DNA from: the human T2T-CHM13v2.0 reference genome, Homo sapiens
Strand: one strand, 5' to 3'
Assembly: GCF_009914755.1 (NCBI RefSeq)
Contig: NC_060933.1
Length of the DNA: 64,000 nucleotides
Shown here: piece after piece, positions 57,651-64,000 of the stretch
Position numbering within the stretch: the first letter of the stretch is position 1
Layout: each line of letters begins with the position of its first letter
The notes under the pieces: generated by a model
What the model was told of the DNA's origin: nothing
Seen by the model: only the letters and a program-made list of their open reading frames with translations
Database searches by the model: none
Position numbers and translations under genes: made by a program

Positions 57651-60600
57651 CATTCCATTCCATTCCATTCCATTCCATTCCTTTCCATTCCATTACGGAT
57701 GATTCCATTCCATTGCATTCCATTCCATTCCATTCCCCTGTACTCGGATTGATTCCATTCCATTCTATTCCAATCCATGCAATTCCACTCGTGTTGATTC
57801 CATTCTTTCCATTCCATTCAAGTTGAATCCATTCCATTGCATTCCATTCCATTTGATTCCATTCGATTGCACTCGGGTTGATTCCATTCCATTGCATTCC
57901 ATTCCATTCCATTTCATTCCATTCCGTTCCTTTCCATTCCATTCCATTCCATTCCATTCCATTGCAATCGAGTTGATTCCATTCCATTCCTTTCCATTCC
58001 ATTCCATTGCCTTGCATTCCACTCGGGTTGATTCCATTCCCTTCTTTCCACTCCATTACATTCCCTTCCATTCCACTCGGAATGATTGATACCATTCCAT
58101 TCCATTCCATTTCATTCCATTGCAATCCATTCCAATCCATTCCATTCCAATCCATTCCATTCCGTTCCGTTCCATTCCATTCCATTCCATTCCATTCTAT
58201 TCGGGTTAATTCCATTCCATTCCATTCGATTGCAATCGAGTTGATTCCATTCCATTCCATTCCTTTCCATTCCATTACGGATGATTCCATTCCATTGCAT
58301 TCCATTCCATTCCATTCCCCTGTACTCGGGTTCATTCCATTCCATTCCATTCTAATCCATGACATTCCACTCGTGTTGATTCCATTCTTTCCATTCCATT
58401 CATGTTGAATCCATTCCATTGCATTCCATTCCATTCCATTCCCCTGCAGTCGGGTTGATTCCATTCCATTCCATTCCATTCCATTCCATTCCATTCCATT
58501 CCATTCTGTTCCGTTCCATTCCATTCCACTCCATTCTATTCGGGTTAATTCCATTCCATTCCATTCCATTCCATTCCATTCCATTCCAATCGAGTTGATT
58601 CCATTCCATTCCATTCCATTCCATTCCACTCCATTCCAGTCCTTTCCATTCCATTCCACTCGGGTTGATTCCAATGTATTCCTTTCCATTCCATTCCATT
58701 CCATTGCAATCGGGTTGATTCCATTGTTTTGCATTCCATTCCATTCCATTCCATTTCGGATGATTCCATTCCATTGCATTCCATTCCATTCTAATCCCCT
58801 GCACTCGGGTTGATTCCATTCCATTCCACTCCATTCCGTTCCATTCCATTCCATTCCATTGTATTCAGGTTAATTCCATTCCATTCCATTCCATTCTATT
58901 CCATTCCATTACAATCGAGTTGATTCCATTCCATTGCATTCCATTCCATTCCATTCCATTCCATTCCGTTGCATTCCATTCCATTACATTCGGATTGATT
59001 CTATTCAACTCCCTTACTCTCCATTACATTCCATTCCATTCGGGTTGTTCCATTCCATTCCATTCCATTCCACTCCATTCCATTGCACTTGGGTTGATTC
59101 CATTCCATTCCATTCCATTCCATTCCATTCCATTCCGGATGATTCCACTCCATTGCATTCCGTTCCATTACATTCCACTGCACTCGCGTTGATTCCATTC
59201 CATTCCATTCAATTCCATTCCATTACAATTCATTCCATTCCATTCTATTCCATACCATTCCATTCCATTCCATTCCATTCCATTCCATTCCGTTCCTTTC
59301 CGTTCCATTCCATTCCATTCCATTCTATTCGGGTTAATTCCATTCCATTCTATTCCATTCCATTCCATTCCATTCTATTCCATTCCATTGCAATCGAGTT
59401 GAATCCATTGCATTTCATTCCATTCCATTCCATTCCGGAAGATTCCATTCAATTGCATTCCATTCCATTCCATTCCATTCCCCTGCACTCGCGTTGATTC
59501 CATTCCATTCCATTCCATTCCATTCCATTCCGTTCCGTTCCATTCCATTCCATTCCATTCCATTCCATTCCATTCCGTTCCGTTCCATTCCATTCCATTC
59601 CATTCTATTCGGGTTAATTCCATTCCATTCCATTCGATTGCAATCGAGTTGATTCCATTCCATTCCATTCCATTCCATTGCATTCCTTTCCATTCCATTA
59701 CGGATGATTCCATTCCATTGCATTCCATTCCATTCTATTCCCCTGTACTCGGGTTGATTCCAATCCATTCCATTCCAATCCATGCCATTCCACTCGTGTT
59801 GATTCCATTCTTTCCATTCCTTTCAAGTTGAATCCATTCCATTGCATTCCATTCCATTCGATTCCATTCGATTGCACTCGGGTTGATTCCATTCCATTGC
59901 ATTCCATTCCATTCCATTCCATTCCATTCCATTCCTTTCCATTCCGTTCCATTCCATTTCATTACATTCAGATTGATTCTATTCAATTCCCTTACATTCC
60001 ATTATATTCCAATCCATTCTGGTTGTTTCCATTCCATTCCATTCCATTGCACTCCATTCCATTGCACTCGGGTTGATTCCATTCCATTCCATTCCATTCC
60101 ATTCCATTCCGGATGATTCCATTCCATTGCATTCCATTCCATTCCATTCCCCTGCACTCGGGTTGATTCCATTCAATTCCATTCCATTACATTCTGTTCC
60201 ATTCCATTCCATTCCATTCGGATTGATTCTATTCAATTCCCTAACACTCCATTACATTCCATTCCATTCGGGTAGTTTCCATTCCATTCCATTTCATTCC
60301 TCTCCATTCCATTGCACTCGGGTTGATTCCATTCCATTCCATTCCATTCCATTCCATTCCATTCCATTCCATTCCATTGTACTCGGGGTGATTCCATTCC
60401 ATTGCATTCCATTCCATTCCGTTCCATTCCATTCCATTCCATTCCGTTCCATTCCATTACATTCGGATTGATTCTATTCAACTCCGTTACTCTCCATTAC
60501 ATTCCATTCCATTCGGGTTGTTCCATTCCATTCCATTCCATTCGACTCCATTCCATTGCACTCGGGTTGATTCCATTCCATTCCATTCCATTCCATTCCA

Positions 60601-63600
60601 TTCCATTCCATTCCGGATGATTCCATTCCATTGCATTCCGTTCCATTACATTCCCCTGCACTCTGGTTGATTCCATTCCATTCCATTCGATTCCATTCCA
60701 TTCCAATTCTTTCCATTCCATTCTATTTCGTAACATTCCATTCCATTCCATACAATTCCATTCCATTCCATTCCACTCCGTTCCGTTCCGTTCCGTTCCA
60801 TTCCATTCCATTCCATTCTATTCGGCTTAATTCCATTCCGTTCCATTCCATTCCATTCTATTCCATTCCATTGCAATCGAGTTGAATCCATTGCATTCTA
60901 TTCCATTCCATTCCATTCCATTCCATTCCATTCCATTCCGTTCCATTCCCTTCCATTCTATTCCATTACATTCGGATTGTTTCTTTTCAACTCCCTTACT
61001 CTCCATTACATTCCATTCCATTCGGGTTGTTCCATTCCATTCCATTCCATTCCACTCCATTCCATTGCACTCAGGTTGATTCCATTCCATTCCATTCCAT
61101 TCCATTCCGGATGATTCCATTCCATGGCATTCCGTTCCATTACATTCCCCTGCACCCGGGTTGATTCCATTCCATTCCATTCCATTCCATTCCATTCCAT
61201 TCCATTCCCCTGCACTCGCGTTGATTCCATTCCATTCCATTCCATTCCATTCCATTCCATTCCATTCCTTTCCATTCCATTCCATTCCGTTCCGTTCTGT
61301 TCCATTCCATTCCATTCCATTCCATTCCGTTCCGTTCCATTCCATTCCATTCTATTTGGGTTAATTCCATTCCATTCCATTCGATTGCAATCGAGTTGAT
61401 TCCATTCCATTCCATTCCATTCCATTCCATTTCGTTCCATTCCATTCTATTCCGTATCATTCCATTCCATTCCATTCCATTCCATTCCATTCCATTCCAT
61501 TCCATTCCAATCGTGTTGATTCCATTCCTTTCCATTCCATTCGGTTTGAAGGCATTCCATTCCATTCCATTCCATTCCATTCCATTCCCCTGCACTCGGG
61601 TTGATTCCATTCCATTCCATTCCATTCCATTCCGTTGCATTCCATTCCATTACATTCGGATTGATTCTTTTCAACTCCCTTTCTCTCCATTACATTCCAT
61701 TCCATTCGGGTTGTTCCATTCCATTCCATTCCATTCCACTCCATTCCATTGCACTCGGGTTGATTCCATTCCATTCCTTTCCATTCCATTCCATTCCATT
61801 CCGGATGATTCCATTCCATTGCATTCCGTTCCATTACATTCCCTTGCACTCGCGTTGATTCCATTCCATTCCATTCCATTCCATTCAATTCCATTCCATT
61901 ACAATTCGTTCCATTCCATTCTATTCCGTACCATTCCATTCCATTCCATACCATTCCATTCCATTCCATTCCATTCCATTCCATTCCATTCCATTCTATT
62001 CCATTCCATTCCATTACGGATGATTCCATTCCATTGCATTCCATTCCATTCCATTCCCCTATACTCGGATTGATTCCGTTCCATTCTATTCTAATCCATG
62101 CCATTCCACTCGTGTAGATTCCATTCTTTCCATTCCATTCAAGTTGAATCCATTCCATTGCATTCCATTCCATTTGATTCCATTCGATTGCACTCGGGTT
62201 GATTCCATGGCATTGCATTCCATTCAATTCCATTCCATTCCATTCCATTCCGTTCCATTCCATTCCATTCCATTCTATTCGGATTAATTCCATTCCATTC
62301 CATTCCATTCCATTCTATTCCATTCCATTGCAATCGAGTTGAATCCATTGCATTTCATTCCATTCCATTCCATTCCATTCCATTCCGGAAGATTCCATTC
62401 CTTTGCATTCCATTCCATTCCATTCCCCTGCACTCGCGTTGATTCCATTCCATTCCATTCCATTCCATTCCGTTCCGTTCCATTCCATTCCATTCCATTC
62501 CATTCCGTTCCGTTCCATTCCATTCCATTCCATTCTATTCGGGTTAATTCCATTCCATTCCACTCAATTGAAATCGAGTTGATTCCATTCCATTCCATTC
62601 CATTCCTTTCCATTCCATTACGGATGATTCCATTCCATTGCATTCCATTCCATTCCATTCCCCTGTACTCCGGTTTATTCCATTCCCGTCCATTCCAATC
62701 CATTCCATTCCACTCGTGTTGATTCAATTCTTTCCATTCCATTCAAGTTGAATCCATTCCATTGCATTCCATTCCATTCGATTCCATTCGATTGCGCTCG
62801 GGTTGATTCCATTCCATTGCATTCCATTCCATTCCATTCCATTCCATTCCATTCCATTCCGTTCCATTCCATTACATTCGGATTGATTCTATTCAATTCC
62901 CTTACACTCCATTACATTCCATTCCATTCGGGTAGTTTCCATTCCATTCCATTCTATCCCTCTCCATTCCATTGCACTCGGGTTGATTCAATTCCATTGC
63001 ATTCCATTCCATTCCATTCCATTCCATTCCGTTGCATTCCATTCCATTACATTCGGATTGATTCTATTCAACTCCCTTACTCTCCATTCCATTCCATTCC
63101 ATTCGCGTTGTTCCATTCCATTCCATTCCATTCCACTCCATTCCATTGCACTCGGGTTGATTCCATTCCATTCCATTCCATTCCATTCCATTCCATTCCG
63201 GATGATTCCATTCCATTGCATTCCGTTCCATTACATTCCCCTGCCCTCGCGTTGATTCCATTCCATTCCATTCCATTCCATTCAATTCCATTCCATTACA
63301 ATTCGTTCCATTCCATTCTATTCCGTACCATTCCATTCCATTCCATACCATTCCATTCCATTCCATTCCATTCCGTTCCATTCCGTTCCATTCAATTCCA
63401 TTCCATTCCATTCCATTCCATTCCATTCTATTCCATTCCATTGCAATCGAGTTGAATCCATTGCATTTCATTCCATTCCATTCCATTCCATTCCATTCCA
63501 TTCCATTCCGGAAGATTCCATTCCATTGCATTCCATTCCATTCCATTCCCCTGCACTCGCGTTGATTCCATTCCATTCCATTCCATTCCATTCCGTTCCG

Positions 63601-64000
63601 TTCCGTTCCATTCCATTCCATTCCATTCCATTCCGTTCCGTTCCATTCCATTGCATTCTATTCTATTCGGGTTAATTCCATTCCATTCCATTCGATTGCA
63701 ATCGAGTTGATTCCATTCCATTCCATTCCATTCCATTCCATTCCATTCCTTTCCATTCCATTACGGATGATTCCATTCCATTGCGTTCCATACCATTCCA
63801 TTCCCCTATACTCGGGTTGATTCCATTCCATTCCATTCCAATCCATGCCATTCCACTCGTGGTGATTCCATTCTTTCAATTCCATTCAAGTTGAATCCAT
63901 TCCATTGCATTCCATTCCATTCGATTCCATTCGATTGCACTCGGGTTGATTCCATTCCATTGCATTCCATTCCATTCCGTTCAATTCCATTTCATTACAT

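Larger units (their letters stand above)
4231..58095 (+). repeat. Rare module G: GCCTTGCATTCCACTCGGGTTGATTCCATTCCCTTCTTTCCACTCC...CATTCCAC(T/C)..GGAATGATTGA
   Basis: Five copies near 4231-4315, 9121-9205, 30656-30740, 31929-32012 and 58009-58092. Each carries two register slips and a + strand GGAATG. Confidence 0.88.
191..63112 (+). repeat. Dispersed ~65-70 bp module family C(G/A)GATTGATTCTATTCAA(T/C)TCCCTTAC(A/T)CTCCATTA..., four tail types: A GGGTAGTTTCC, B GGGTTGTTCC, F CTGGTTGTTTCC, I GGGATGTTTCC
   Basis: Examples: A 191-255, B 446-509, F 2287-2351, I 11103-11167. About 55 B-type copies counted from their 1-bp register slip. Confidence 0.9.
4966..63519. promoter_or_regulatory. Dispersed perfect three-unit heat-shock elements nTTCnnGAAnnTTCn (mostly ATTCCGGAAGATTCC), about 40 copies
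   Basis: First copy 4966-4980 reads a-TTC-cg-GAA-ga-TTC-c; last copy 63505-63519. It matches the canonical inverted nGAAn HSF consensus. Occupancy cannot be shown from sequence. Confidence 0.6.
1001..63898 (+). repeat. Dispersed module C: CCAATCCATGCCATTCCACTCGTGTTGATTCCATTCTTTCCATTCCATTCAAGTTGAATCC
   Basis: About 25 copies, near 1040, 2140, 3590, 5365, 7365, 10250, 14220, 18520, 22750, 23425, 28080, 30450, 33380, 37810, 38620, 42445, 43150, 49680, 52490, 57805, 58390, 59810, 62130, 62730, 63875. Spacing is irregular (0.6-6.5 kb). Confidence 0.9.
31..63949 (+). repeat. Dispersed 10-bp anchor family (ACTCGGGTTG, ACTCGCGTTG, ACTCGTGTTG, AATCGAGTTG, ATTCGGGTTA, ATTCGGATTG, AGTCGGGTTG, ACTCTGGTTG)
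   Basis: Hundreds of copies, first at 31-40. Each is exactly two pentamers long and so keeps the 5-bp register. They carry much of the + strand G and CpG content. Confidence 0.93.
1..64000 (+). repeat. Satellite III (HSat3-type) array, (CATTC)n on + / (GGAAT)n on -, single orientation
   Basis: ATTCC pentamers dominate every line from base 1 to 64000, interspersed with the ACTCGGGTTG decamer (reverse complement CAACCCGAGT) that defines classical satellite 3. The + strand is strongly C/T-rich and G-poor. No non-satellite sequence seen. Species, chromosome and subfamily cannot be fixed without alignment. Confidence 0.98.
1..64000. promoter_or_regulatory. Dense tandem M-CAT/TEAD core motifs (CATTCC / GGAATG) inherent to the pentamer
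   Basis: Adjacent perfect pentamers spell CATTCC, the TEAD (M-CAT) core. This is a motif match only. Confidence 0.45.

Noticed and set aside
14-63885. Hundreds of ORFs on both strands, up to 554 aa
   Set aside because: They are direct translations of the pentamer ((MEWNG)n, (FHSIP)n), overlap in all six frames, and have no domain or gene structure. Length reflects the lack of stop codons in the repeat.
1-64000. CRISPR-like pattern of recurrent motif plus variable spacer
   Set aside because: The spacers are themselves pentamer repeats, the anchors are 10 bp and heterogeneous, and there are no cas genes or leader.
1-64000. Inversion / strand switch
   Set aside because: No sustained (GGAAT)n tract on the + strand, only isolated single GGAAT words.
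1-64000. Alu/L1 or other mobile element, alpha satellite, telomeric repeat
   Set aside because: No poly(A) tail, target-site duplication, unique-sequence island, 171-bp monomer or TTAGGG run seen.
1-64000. EWS-FLI1-type (GGAA)n microsatellite or G-quadruplex
   Set aside because: The repeat is the 5-mer GGAAT, not tandem GGAA. G-runs of three or more are isolated rather than clustered in fours.

Overview
All 64 kb is eukaryotic pericentromeric satellite DNA of the human/primate Satellite III (HSat3) type: a (CATTC/ATTCC)n pentamer matrix on the + strand, (GGAAT)n on the - strand, interrupted every few tens of bases by the classical 10-bp ACTCGGGTTG-type element and its variants. It stays in one orientation throughout. 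I found no gene, RNA gene, transposon, CRISPR array or unique-sequence island. The hundreds of ORFs ((MEWNG)n and (FHSIP)n) are artefacts of a stop-poor pentamer, and I see no novel protein-coding system. The interesting content is structural and regulatory. (1) About 40 perfect three-unit heat-shock elements (TTCnnGAAnnTTC) come from one recurrent variant word, ATTCCGGAAGATTCC. (2) About 97 pentamer-register slips all go in the same direction (-1 mod 5), and nearly all sit in four fixed motifs. (3) A small vocabulary of longer modules is shuffled without a fixed higher-order period, often switching at the decamer anchors. (4) Nested duplications run from 15 bp to about 4 kb, with paired blocks 2.4 to 29 kb apart. 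All counts and boundaries were read by eye and are approximate.
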